Of a DNA stretch of 64,000 nt, positions 55,875-64,000 are shown piece after piece. The stretch comes from a virus. Made by a program: the position numbers and the translations under genes. The DNA lies in the IMG/VR virus record IMGVR_UViG_3300035047_000196; one strand, given 5' to 3'. The notes under the pieces were generated by a model. The model was given only the letters and a program-made list of their open reading frames with translations, ran no database searches and had not been told where the DNA came from. Within the stretch, counting starts at the first letter, position 1; every line of letters begins with the position of its first letter.

Positions 55875-56490
55875 GTTGATTCAGGAAGCAGAAGAGATAC
55901 TGGATAGATGTAAAACAGTAGCAGGGAAAAGGGAGCAGCTTGAAAGTGACCTGGCAGAAGCTGAGTTATTGAGTAAAGAAGAGACTCGGGAAATGGAAGA
56001 ATGGGAAAGAGCACAAAAACTTATCCATGAGGCAGCGTTAATCACTCAACAGAAATTAGAATATCATATCAGTGAATTAGTCACACTGGCTTTAGAATCT
56101 ACTCTACCGGATCCATATACATTCAAAGTCTGCTTTAGTGTAAAGCGGGGACAGACAGAATGTGATTTGTTTTTCGAAACAGAAAGTGGAGACCTCCTCT
56201 CACCCATCGATGCTTCTGGGGGCGGGGCAGTAGATATCGCTGCCCTTGCTCTCAGAGTATCTTTTATTCATCTGTGCCGAACTCCTGTTGCCCCTATGCT
56301 TTGGATGGATGAGCCAATGAAAAATCTATCCAAAGACTTGCAGCAAGAAGCGGGAGAAGTTCTTAGGGAGCTTTCAAACAGACTTGGATTTCAATTCATA
56401 ATAGTGACGCATGAGAAAGCCATTACGGAATGTGCACAAAGAACATTTCAAATTCAAAAAGTAAATGGGATATCTGAGGTACAGATATGA
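55858..56490 (+). CDS. sbcC: SbcC/Rad50 C-terminal half
   Basis: ASGGG (signature), LWMDEP (Walker B), IVTH. Confidence 0.85.
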   Translation: MVKMNELIQEAEEILDRCKTVAGKREQLESDLAEAELLSKEETREMEEWERAQKLIHEAALITQQKLEYHISELVTLALESTLPDPYTFKVCFSVKRGQTECDLFFETESGDLLSPIDASGGGAVDIAALALRVSFIHLCRTPVAPMLWMDEPMKNLSKDLQQEAGEVLRELSNRLGFQFIIVTHEKAITECAQRTFQIQKVNGISEVQI

Positions 56491-56717
56491 AACTACACAT
56501 TGGATGGTATGGGAAGCCCGGTGAAGGGCCTGGAACTAAAACCCATTTCGTACGAGTCCGTGATAGGAAGCCCTTGTGTGGTTGTCGTGTCAGTAAGGAC
56601 AAACTTTTTCAATGGTGCTCCACTATTGATTCTGAGGAAGGACCTGATTATATGATTCGTCGATATGTCGAGTGTGAAAACTGCAAACGGATACTTTCCA
56701 GAAAGGAGAAAAAATGA
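56487..56717 (+). CDS. Small Cys/His protein
   Basis: KTHFV..PLCG..CENC. Confidence 0.6.
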   Translation: MKLHIGWYGKPGEGPGTKTHFVRVRDRKPLCGCRVSKDKLFQWCSTIDSEEGPDYMIRRYVECENCKRILSRKEKK

Positions 56718-57454
56718 AGCCAACAGAAGAACAGCATAAGTCACTGGCCGATCAAGTCAAAGAATTGGAAGCGAAGGCGAAGGAACATGAGGAGTGGCGA
56801 TGTGGGGAAGTTCGGGCAACCCTGCTTGTCAACTTCGGCTGTGGTGGACGTACGGTACCTGGTCTTGTCAATAAGCATATGTCTACATTCGAAATGCTTA
56901 TGATCGTGCTCCGGCATTATCATGATGCCACGAAAGAAGAACCGAAGTATCCGAGAGTGTTCAAAGACCATGTTTCAGGGGTTGTCTGTGTTTTTGATGG
57001 GCCAGAGTCGAGGGCGAAACGATATGACGCCAACGATTCATATAAGGAATATGTGTGTAATTATAGTCTTAAATGGCACGAAAGCTATAGTAACACTAAA
57101 GAGTTGTTCGGAACGGATCGAGAAGGGGCGTTGAAGGAGATTGAGAAAGCGAACAAGTGGCCGAGGGTGTTTGTTGACACAGAGCGGCAATGGGTCATGG
57201 AAGATGAAAAGGAAGGAAAATTCTATGTGGATTATAAGTATATAGATCCCTCCTTACAAACTTGTTTAGGGCTTAGTAAATTGACCAACGAACTTTTTGG
57301 AAAAGAGCGGCAAGAAATTCTGAATAAGATCGAGCAGATGAACAAACGTAAACAACAACCCTACAATGGCCAATGCCCACATGGGATTCCTATCGGCCAG
57401 CCATGTGAGGAATGTGGAAGAGGAATACTACCAGAAACCAAGAAAGCGAGTTAG
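56714..57454 (+). CDS. Hypothetical protein with internal repeat (YPRVF / WPRVF) and C-terminal Zn motif
   Basis: 246 aa; CPHG..CEECG. Confidence 0.6.
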   Translation: MKPTEEQHKSLADQVKELEAKAKEHEEWRCGEVRATLLVNFGCGGRTVPGLVNKHMSTFEMLMIVLRHYHDATKEEPKYPRVFKDHVSGVVCVFDGPESRAKRYDANDSYKEYVCNYSLKWHESYSNTKELFGTDREGALKEIEKANKWPRVFVDTERQWVMEDEKEGKFYVDYKYIDPSLQTCLGLSKLTNELFGKERQEILNKIEQMNKRKQQPYNGQCPHGIPIGQPCEECGRGILPETKKAS

Positions 57455-57456
57455 GG

Positions 57457-57978
57457 ATGGGCGGAGCACACACAGAACTCGTTGAAATAGCCGCTAGATG
57501 GCTTCGGCGGGAACATTATATTGTAGTGAGCGAAATGGCAAGCGGTGCAGGGGAAGAGCCGGATGGATTGGGGTTCAATAGCAGGTTCTCAACGCTCGTT
57601 GAATGCAAAGCCAGTAGAAGCGACTGGAATGCCGACCGCAGGAAACCCTACAGAATGAGCGACAGCCTAGCTCTCGGAACCTACCGGTGGCTAATGTGTC
57701 CTTCGGAATTAGTACAGCCGGATGAACTCACAGAATACGGTCGGGCAGACTACTCAAAGTGGGGCTTGTTGTGGGTAAAATCCGGAAGGATCTATACCAA
57801 GAAAAAGGCAGAAAAATGTGAAAAGTCGTGGCGGTGTGAACAATCGTTGCTAGTCAGTTGTATCCGTCGCATTGGTCAGGATGCGCCGGAAGGCGTGAGC
57901 GTGCGATGCTACAATTTTTGGACTAAGAACAAGGCCGCTTTGGGGATTGCGGTAGAACAGAAAGCGAGTGAGGGATGA
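57457..57978 (+). CDS. PD-(D/E)XK nuclease (MmcB-like)
   Basis: EEPDGLG, LVECKASRSDW..D..KP.R; probable start 57457. Confidence 0.65.
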   Translation: MGGAHTELVEIAARWLRREHYIVVSEMASGAGEEPDGLGFNSRFSTLVECKASRSDWNADRRKPYRMSDSLALGTYRWLMCPSELVQPDELTEYGRADYSKWGLLWVKSGRIYTKKKAEKCEKSWRCEQSLLVSCIRRIGQDAPEGVSVRCYNFWTKNKAALGIAVEQKASEG

Positions 57979-58331
57979 AGCATTCAGTTGTTCGCAATCC
58001 AGACAAGCCCGTGAATGACATTTGTCTGTGCATTTGGGCAATGCTTTGGGCGGCAAAACATGGACGCCGACCACGAGTGTCAGAACTGCCGAAGAAAGGA
58101 CAAATTGCGCTGGGCAAGAAAGTCTTTGAGTTTGCTGACTATCGCGATAAGTGCCACCCGTCCATGACGGATGAAATGGTGTACTGCGGTTGCCTTCGTG
58201 ACCATGGTATTGACAGGGATAGACCTGATGGCATTGATGTTGCGAACAACGAAGATGAACTCGACGAGATGCGCGGTGAGTTGTTTGACGCTATCTGTGA
58301 GGCTGGGCGCAAAGGCGCGATGGCCCTTTAG
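57975..58331 (+). CDS. Hypothetical protein
   Basis: 118 aa starting within a junction motif. Confidence 0.6.
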   Translation: MKHSVVRNPDKPVNDICLCIWAMLWAAKHGRRPRVSELPKKGQIALGKKVFEFADYRDKCHPSMTDEMVYCGCLRDHGIDRDRPDGIDVANNEDELDEMRGELFDAICEAGRKGAMAL

Positions 58332-58355
58332 TGTGAACAAGAAAGCGAGCGAGGA

Positions 58356-58568
58356 ATGAGCGAGATGAATGGTAGTTCTCCAGCGCCTTGTTTGGAACCA
58401 CGCACATTCAATGTGTGGTTCGATCAGGTCAACCAGTGCCGCATTGAGGTCAAAGCTACCGACGAAAACCAAGCGATTGAAAAGGCGTATCGCGTGTGGC
58501 GACGTGACTATGCAACGAATCAGTGCAGCTACGTCGAAGAGGTGCCGAACGAAGAAGATGATTCGTGA
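58356..58568 (+). CDS. Hypothetical protein
   Basis: 70 aa starting within a junction motif. Confidence 0.55.
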   Translation: MSEMNGSSPAPCLEPRTFNVWFDQVNQCRIEVKATDENQAIEKAYRVWRRDYATNQCSYVEEVPNEEDDS

Positions 58569-58606
58569 GTCAAATAAAGCAAAAACAGAAAGCGAGTGAG
58601 GGGCCA

Positions 58607-58807
58607 ATGAAGGATAAGGCGATTGGGGTCGGTTTGTCGGCGACGGCCGGACGGAGCATGCTCGGTGCTGACGTACACGCTTCTTCATTGGCCCCCGAGC
58701 CCGCGGTTGTGCCCCCCTTGTCAGAGTGTCCTTCGTGTCACTGCTGGCATGGAGGTACCGGGAAATGTTACCGATGCAATGAACAAACGAAAGCGAGTGA
58801 GGGATGA
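58607..58807 (+). CDS. Small Zn-ribbon protein
   Basis: CPSC..CYRC; bounded by two junction motifs; probable start 58607. Confidence 0.5.
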   Translation: MKDKAIGVGLSATAGRSMLGADVHASSLAPEPAVVPPLSECPSCHCWHGGTGKCYRCNEQTKASEG

Positions 58808-58962
58808 TGTGGATATTACTGATAACGTTTTGGGTGTGTGGTTTTATAGGGCTTTTGGCTTTATTTAAATCAGGCAAAATCGCAGATCAGAGAATCAAAT
58901 TCATGATGGAACAACAAACAGACCCCGACTTCTGTGGCAGTACATGCAGGGAGATACAATGA
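58804..58962 (+). CDS. Small membrane protein (52 aa, not in ORF track)
   Basis: Hand translation MMWILLITFWVCGFIGLLALFK...; ATGA overlaps at both ends. Confidence 0.5.
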   Translation: MMWILLITFWVCGFIGLLALFKSGKIADQRIKFMMEQQTDPDFCGSTCREIQ

Positions 58963-59222
58963 AAATATACGACTTATTTGGAATAGACCCGTATGAGTTT
59001 GGAATGATTAAAAATCCGATACCGCCCATGTGCGCCTTTGAAAGTTGTGGAGCCGAGCCGCACGATTGGGAGAAGGCGTGGATAACAAAGTCTTTTGAGA
59101 AAGCGAAACGAATGAGGATCAAAAAACTCAAGCACGTTGTGGATATTTGTGAGCGAGAAATTGAAGCAACCAAAAAGCTTGAAGAAAAAGATGTTGAGCT
59201 AACACAAAATCCATTTGCGTAA
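58959..59222 (+). CDS. Hypothetical protein
   Basis: Probable start MKIYDL at 58959. Confidence 0.55.
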   Translation: MKIYDLFGIDPYEFGMIKNPIPPMCAFESCGAEPHDWEKAWITKSFEKAKRMRIKKLKHVVDICEREIEATKKLEEKDVELTQNPFA

Positions 59223-59486
59223 ACCCCATGAATAAAACAACAGCGATAGCGATTTGGCTTATTTTAACCATAGCATTCTTAACCATAGTGTTTCCTCTAT
59301 AGAGTGAAAGGAAGGCAAAAGCGGACATGAAGCTGTCGGGAGTGAAAGTGAAGCAGAATCGCAGAATTAGACGAGAACGCACGATCTATTCCGGCCTATG
59401 TCCATGTATAGGGTTGGTGGAGATCGTCAATCCTCGGCTAAAATAGAGCGGTTTCATGGGGTATACAGACAGACAGAAGGTGTAAA

Positions 59487-59732
59487 ATGAACGCATTGTA
59501 TATGTTTGATGAAGAGTACAGAATGTTTCAAGACATTATCGGTGATGCTATAGATGCGTTCTTAGACGACCCTGCTTCTTTTTCATACCCTGAATCAGTG
59601 GGTGAAACAAAGCGGGTTTTGAGTAAGCTTGCAGACCATGCACGGCTTAATATGAGAGACTTCGGGAGTGAAAGCCAAGCAGATTTTCTGCTTGATTTAA
59701 TTAGAGAAGAAGAAAGGCAGGGTGTGACATGA
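59487..59732 (+). CDS. Hypothetical acidic protein
   Basis: 81-aa ORF. Confidence 0.55.
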   Translation: MNALYMFDEEYRMFQDIIGDAIDAFLDDPASFSYPESVGETKRVLSKLADHARLNMRDFGSESQADFLLDLIREEERQGVT

Positions 59733-59917
59733 CTGAGCAACCGTTTGGCTGGACTGAAAGAGCTAAGTGTAAAGAAATCTACAGCAAGCCATGCCTTGTA
59801 TGCGGATGGGGAGAGTTAATACAACATCGGGCTGGTCGCCTGTTCACGTACTTGTGTACAAGCTGTAAAGCAACATGGGAAGAAGTTAAACGGAAACGGA
59901 AAGTGAGTGGGGAATAA
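59729..59917 (+). CDS. Small Zn-ribbon protein
   Basis: CLVCG..CTSC. Confidence 0.55.
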   Translation: MTEQPFGWTERAKCKEIYSKPCLVCGWGELIQHRAGRLFTYLCTSCKATWEEVKRKRKVSGE

Positions 59918-60243
59918 TGAAAACGAAGATTAAAATGTGGCTAGGTAAAAAAGCGCTCTTAACATGTGATAACTTTTTTGTTGCTCCCGATGGAAAACAG
60001 TATCGGTCCGTTCATGGAGTTGTGCGTGGCGTTTTTACTTCAGAGGAAACATTGGGGATAAAAACAAACGCACGATCAAGCAATTGGTATGTAATGATTG
60101 GCAATATGATAATTGCAGGTTGCCAGATCCATTATGCCGTTCGATGCGAAGAAGTGAACAGCATGGACGTAGAGGAACAGACGTGGAGTGCGGAAGGCGG
60201 GTTGAAAACGTTTTTGCGAAAAACAGTTATTTATAACGCATAA
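59917..60243 (+). CDS. Hypothetical protein
   Basis: 108 aa starting at a junction motif variant. Confidence 0.6.
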   Translation: MKTKIKMWLGKKALLTCDNFFVAPDGKQYRSVHGVVRGVFTSEETLGIKTNARSSNWYVMIGNMIIAGCQIHYAVRCEEVNSMDVEEQTWSAEGGLKTFLRKTVIYNA

Positions 60244-60308
60244 CAACGCTACGGCATTGAGAAAAAAAACAAGTCGGTATATGCTAAAACAAACGAAGCG
60301 AGTGAGGG

Positions 60309-60587
60309 ATGACCGAACGCAAAGAAAGAATGAGCAAAGCGAATGGGGATAACCTCTGTCTAATCTGCTTACGTGAGCACCCACCAAATATCGAATGCAG
60401 TGATATGCGTCTAACGTACGTTGATTGTGGAGCACAGATTAAGCCAGTGGATGAATGGATAGCTATCGAACGCACGGACATGTTGATTGATTCACGTGTC
60501 GGGTACCGAAGAAAATGGGCCCGTCCCTTGTGTCAAGAATGTTGTATGAAACGAACCAATACCGATTATAAGGAAGGAGAAAAATGA
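60309..60587 (+). CDS. Cys-rich hypothetical protein
   Basis: CLIC, CG, CQEC; starts within a junction motif. Confidence 0.55.
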   Translation: MTERKERMSKANGDNLCLICLREHPPNIECSDMRLTYVDCGAQIKPVDEWIAIERTDMLIDSRVGYRRKWARPLCQECCMKRTNTDYKEGEK

Positions 60588-60766
60588 TGAATGGAGATAA
60601 TAAATTCTGGCTGGGCTTTTGGATTATAATCGTTTCAGGGATCGTCGCTTTTGGCGTCGTTATCGCTTGCTACTATTACAACGTAAATCGGGTTGCTTTC
60701 GAAAACGGCTACGAAAGAGTACAACTCAACGGCTCACGCGCTACGGCATGGCAAAAGGTCAGATAA
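60584..60766 (+). CDS. Small membrane protein
   Basis: One hydrophobic helix. Confidence 0.55.
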   Translation: MMNGDNKFWLGFWIIIVSGIVAFGVVIACYYYNVNRVAFENGYERVQLNGSRATAWQKVR

Positions 60767-60800
60767 AGGATGAGTAAAGAACCCCTAAAGGAGAAACAAA

Positions 60801-61103
60801 ATGGGAGTACCTGTAATCAAGGAAGCTAGGAAAGACCATGCTTGTGACAAACCTGGATGTAAGGAAAAAATCAAAGCCGGAACTCGTTACCTAGACAATG
60901 GACTGGGTAAGAAGTATCATCTGGTGTGTGGCAATGCTCCACACTCTAATCGCTCACCAGATGAATTCTTCAATGGACTCCGACAGGCACAGGACAATCC
61001 ACGGGTATTGATCGGCGCATATATAGGGCAATGTAAGGGATGTGATTGTTCCCTTATGAAGTGTGACAGAAAGTGTCCCTCTTGCGGAAGGAAGGTTCAA
61101 TGA
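60801..61103 (+). CDS. Zn-finger protein (PARP/LIM-like N-terminus)
   Basis: CDKPGC..IKAG..YHLVC; C-terminal CxxC pairs. Confidence 0.55.
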   Translation: MGVPVIKEARKDHACDKPGCKEKIKAGTRYLDNGLGKKYHLVCGNAPHSNRSPDEFFNGLRQAQDNPRVLIGAYIGQCKGCDCSLMKCDRKCPSCGRKVQ

Positions 61104-61372
61104 TGGGTGGGACTATACTGCTGACCAGAGAAGATGTTGAACTATTTGATTGCAACAACACGTACCACCGGTACTTTGTGCAGTTCAATGATTCAGGAGA
61201 ACCTGAAAAGATCCTCTACATAGAAAGCGCTGAGTTCATTCAGGCTATGCGTAAGCGTATCAAATCAAATGTCCATCTTACAGACCCACAAAAAAGGAAG
61301 ATGGCGCCGAAGCCCTTTGGGTCTTATCCGACACCATCTTCCGAGGTTATCAATTTAATCGCTGGACTATGA
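61073..61372 (+). CDS. Last gene of the plus arm, hypothetical
   Basis: 99 aa; stop overlaps the convergent minus-strand ORF. Confidence 0.5.
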   Translation: MSLLRKEGSMMGGTILLTREDVELFDCNNTYHRYFVQFNDSGEPEKILYIESAEFIQAMRKRIKSNVHLTDPQKRKMAPKPFGSYPTPSSEVINLIAGL

Positions 61373-61879
61373 CTTGAATCTTTCGATCATTGCCCTTGCC
61401 AAAGAAGATCCCCTCCAGATAGGCACATGGACCCTCTGGAAGTTTCCGCTCTTAGCTATGAAGTCAACTCCGTAACCGTGACTCCAGGTGGACGGTTTGC
61501 TATGCTGCCAAAGCCTCTGGCGTTTGCACAGACACCCTGGATTGAAAGCCTTCACAATTCCTACCGAGGGAAAGACGACAGTAGCAGTATCTTCCCGATG
61601 AGTGCAGAAGTAGGTGATGTTACCAGCCGTTTTCTCTGCGGTGTCCCTTGCAGCATTCTTCGTGATCTTGAAGCTGTGAGTGAAGTACATCTTGCCAAGT
61701 TTAATCCAGCCCGGCGGGAGTCCTTCAACATACACAACTCCTCTACGGTAGTAGCTGATGTTTCTTTCATCGAGCCGTAGCATGTATTGAGGAGCGAAGG
61801 CCCGGCGAAGGAATTCTGCATCGCGCTTGTGGGCCATTGTTGTATCAACACACCAACGTTCCACTCGATCTTCATGTCT
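61367..61879 (-). pseudogene. 5'-truncated metallophosphoesterase-like remnant
   Basis: Frame opens directly after a TAA with R-HEDRVERW; then FTHS, CTHR, NPGCLC, WSHGYG; no DxH/GD N-terminal motifs. Confidence 0.45.
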
Positions 61880-62305
61880 TTAACCATGGTATTTTGCTGC
61901 AGTATCAGGATGCATGACACACTTGATATAATTCCCAGGGGACTCCTCAACGTACCGAAGGGCATCGTGGCGCTTGGCATGCTTGGCCACTGTTTCTGGA
62001 CTGATGTTCCATTCCTTACTCAATTCGATGACTGGAAATCCTTTCCCTTTGGGAAGAGAAAAGATCAAAGCCTTGGTCCGATCCTGGGGTTGTTGTGTAT
62101 ACACATTTACTCCTTCTTTCAATGGGATGCCTTTGAAGCTGGGCGGTGGGGCATCATCTAGCCCTCCCAGCTCCTTGAGCTTCCTCAACACATTCCCCCG
62201 AGTGGTGCCGCAAGACTCTTGACACCGCCTTATCAATTCCTCTCGATCTGGATACTGGTCTTTGTTAGCTATCAGCCAGCGCTTTGTTGTCATTTTCTCA
62301 GGCAT
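61880..62305 (-). CDS. Hypothetical protein with possible HTH motifs
   Basis: 141 aa; ELSKEWNISPETVAKHA. Confidence 0.6.
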   Translation of the reverse strand: MPEKMTTKRWLIANKDQYPDREELIRRCQESCGTTRGNVLRKLKELGGLDDAPPPSFKGIPLKEGVNVYTQQPQDRTKALIFSLPKGKGFPVIELSKEWNISPETVAKHAKRHDALRYVEESPGNYIKCVMHPDTAAKYHG

Positions 62306-62960
62306 ACAGGTACTCCTTTCTCCTGAATAGTGACTTGAATGACACCTTGTGAATCCGGCGGTTTTCCGGAGCTAAGATGACATCAAGTTTGTACTCAATG
62401 TCATTTGGTGTCTGTTGGTCATGAGTCTCGCCAAGATCTCTTACATCGAAGCGAGTTCCTCCGACAGTCAGCAATTGAATCGAACATCCCTCGGAACAAA
62501 TGTGCTTGTCAGGGGAGGACGGGATGGGGACTTTGAAAATTCGGTTGAGGGGGATTAGAGCAATCTGCCATTCAGAATAGGACGTTTTGTCTTTCTGCCA
62601 ATCCAAAAGTTCCTGCAGGCCGGCATATAGCCGCTGCTGATTAAGGCAAAGCTGAGGAAGCCAAATAACCCGCAGCCTCCTCCACCATTTGCCCTTCTCC
62701 CAGTCCTGCACTTTGGAGAGCATGAAAGGCCCTCTGTACCCCTCTGTATGAGCATGTATCTCCCAATATAGTAAGAGGTCTTCATCATATCCTCTCAACC
62801 GTACTTGATAGACAGGGAAGCAATGACTCGCCCATCGATATTTGCCGAACGGTCCGGTTGCTGTCGCTGCTGATATTGCTACACCAGCAGGATTAGGTGC
62901 CCAGGTAAACCCAATTCCAAATCCATTTATTGACAGAACATCGTGGCCCATGATTTTCAT
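62298..62960 (-). CDS. Permuted papain-like (YiiX/YaeF, NlpC/P60-related) amidase
   Basis: His before Cys order: ASHC...YWE.H...SY...ICSE. Confidence 0.6.
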   Translation of the reverse strand: MKIMGHDVLSINGFGIGFTWAPNPAGVAISAATATGPFGKYRWASHCFPVYQVRLRGYDEDLLLYWEIHAHTEGYRGPFMLSKVQDWEKGKWWRRLRVIWLPQLCLNQQRLYAGLQELLDWQKDKTSYSEWQIALIPLNRIFKVPIPSSPDKHICSEGCSIQLLTVGGTRFDVRDLGETHDQQTPNDIEYKLDVILAPENRRIHKVSFKSLFRRKEYLYA

Positions 62961-62963
62961 GTC

Positions 62964-63770
62964 TCATCTCCTCTTCGGTGTTTTGATCAAAAACGCTTCC
63001 CAACCCCGAAACTCTGCCCACTCTTCTTTTTCCCAACCCGGCGGGAGTTCCAATTGGATACCACCGTCCAGGTACATCCTTGTCCAATCTAGCCAAGCAG
63101 TCAGGAAATACCCGAAGTACCCCCAGTCAGCCCCCCAAGAATTTTGAGACAGAACAAAGAAGTTCTCTCCTTGAGGAATGATCTCCAGTGCTAGGGTAGC
63201 ATGCCCACCCGTGAATGGATCGAAACGCATAGGAGCAAAAATCTGGCCATTGGCTGCTGGATGCTCCCAGCTATCTGACACAAAATGGGCTTGAAGTATT
63301 GGAGACTTTACCAGGGCCTCACTGAAATCAATAAGATCGGGCGGGACCTTCTTCCACTCCGTCCCTGGAGGAAGTGCTCCCAGATCAACAGCGGCCTCAA
63401 TCGCTTGATGCAACAACAAACCGTCATTGTATCGTACATCCCCGTCAGGACCCCTCCAGAACATCTGCCTAGCACGGCGCCAAAAAGAATCCCCGTCAAT
63501 TTGATAGCCCTTTGGAATAGCACGCTTATCCCAAGCCCGTAACAGATGCTCTATCAGATTGGCAGTAGCATGCCCAACACACGACGGCCACTCTTGGGAA
63601 TATGTAGGAATGGAATTTTGGTGCCATCCCTGATGTACCTTGATTTCACCTTTACCCAGATCAACATCCCGATTTGGAACAGTCCTCAGAAGCGGTGGGG
63701 GTGCTAGACAGCCTTGCCATTTTTTCATGTTGCTATCCTCAATAACTTGGTGCAGGGATTGGATCCCCAT
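62964..63770 (-). CDS. Papain-family (C1-like) cysteine peptidase
   Basis: SQEWPSCVGHA, GGHAT, QNSWGADWGYFGY; start uncertain. Confidence 0.75.
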   Translation of the reverse strand: MGIQSLHQVIEDSNMKKWQGCLAPPPLLRTVPNRDVDLGKGEIKVHQGWHQNSIPTYSQEWPSCVGHATANLIEHLLRAWDKRAIPKGYQIDGDSFWRRARQMFWRGPDGDVRYNDGLLLHQAIEAAVDLGALPPGTEWKKVPPDLIDFSEALVKSPILQAHFVSDSWEHPAANGQIFAPMRFDPFTGGHATLALEIIPQGENFFVLSQNSWGADWGYFGYFLTAWLDWTRMYLDGGIQLELPPGWEKEEWAEFRGWEAFLIKTPKRR

Positions 63771-63933
63771 CTACATCTGTGGGTGGTCCCTTGTATCTGG
63801 CCCCGAACGTTCCACAACCGACGAATAGCCAGAGAAGAAGCGCACTGACAAGAATACCGATAAGAATGCTTGTTAGTGTTTCTCTTGGCCCTGGCCCTAC
63901 TTCTCCTGGTGTGCTCATTTTCAATCTTCCCAA
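63739..63933 (-). CDS. Small membrane protein / possible lipoprotein
   Basis: Hydrophobic helix ending LFVG-C (lipobox-like). Confidence 0.45.
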   Translation of the reverse strand: MGRLKMSTPGEVGPGPRETLTSILIGILVSALLLWLFVGCGTFGARYKGPPTDVDGDPIPAPSY

Positions 63934-64000
63934 GATTCTGTATTACTATTGTCCACCGTCACTGGGCCTGTCTTGGATTCGTAAATTGTCTGATCCCCTC

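Larger units (their letters stand above)
57442..60312 (+). repeat. Seven copies of the gene-junction motif GAAAGCGAGTGAGGGATGA
   Basis: Copies start at 57442, 57960, 58341, 58588, 58789, 59899 and 60295. Confidence 0.85.

Noticed and set aside
59380-59432. Possible hairpin (cgatct...agatcg with inner cctat/atagg)
   Set aside because: Short interrupted helices that overlap a possible small ORF; could arise by chance
27000-61372. queC/queF, integrase/repressor module, tRNA genes
   Set aside because: Looked for the QueC SGGxDS motif, recombinase catalytic motifs and cloverleaf/T-loop patterns by eye; none found, though this was not a computational scan

Overview
The window is a large part of a tailed dsDNA (siphovirus-like) phage genome with two divergent arms. 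The minus-strand arm (about 26.9 kb down to base 1) carries terS, terL, portal, a MuF-kinase fusion, protease/scaffold, decoration and major capsid genes. It continues with a four-enzyme glycosyl-, sulfo- and methyltransferase island, neck genes, two tail-tube paralogues, a frameshifting tail chaperone, tape measure and distal tail genes. The plus-strand arm (about 27.0-61.4 kb) has early genes, a SNF2 helicase, a Spo11/TopoVI-A-like gene, a sigma-like gene, primase, helicase, and a 7-deazaguanine DNA-modification cluster (queD, queE, folE, dpdA). It also has a beta clamp, split UDG-exonuclease/PolA, clamp loader, SSB, RecA, exonuclease, RuvC-like resolvase, split SbcCD and many small genes. 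From 61.4 kb to the end, minus-strand genes resume, including two papain-fold proteins. Most notable observations: (1) a hammerhead ribozyme core at 27638-27702; (2) a deazaguanine cluster without queC but with a nitrilase-fold enzyme and two free-standing copies of the DpdA N-terminal module; (3) the glycan/sulfate island inside the head genes; (4) the MuF-kinase with a candidate immunity gene; (5) a recurring basic K-I/V-x-V-K-K terminal tag on many unrelated proteins; (6) a repeated gene-junction motif at 57.4-60.3 kb; (7) several structured intergenic RNAs. No integrase, tRNA or CRISPR array was recognised and the host is not identifiable. All family assignments come from motif recognition by eye; no database search or folding program was run.
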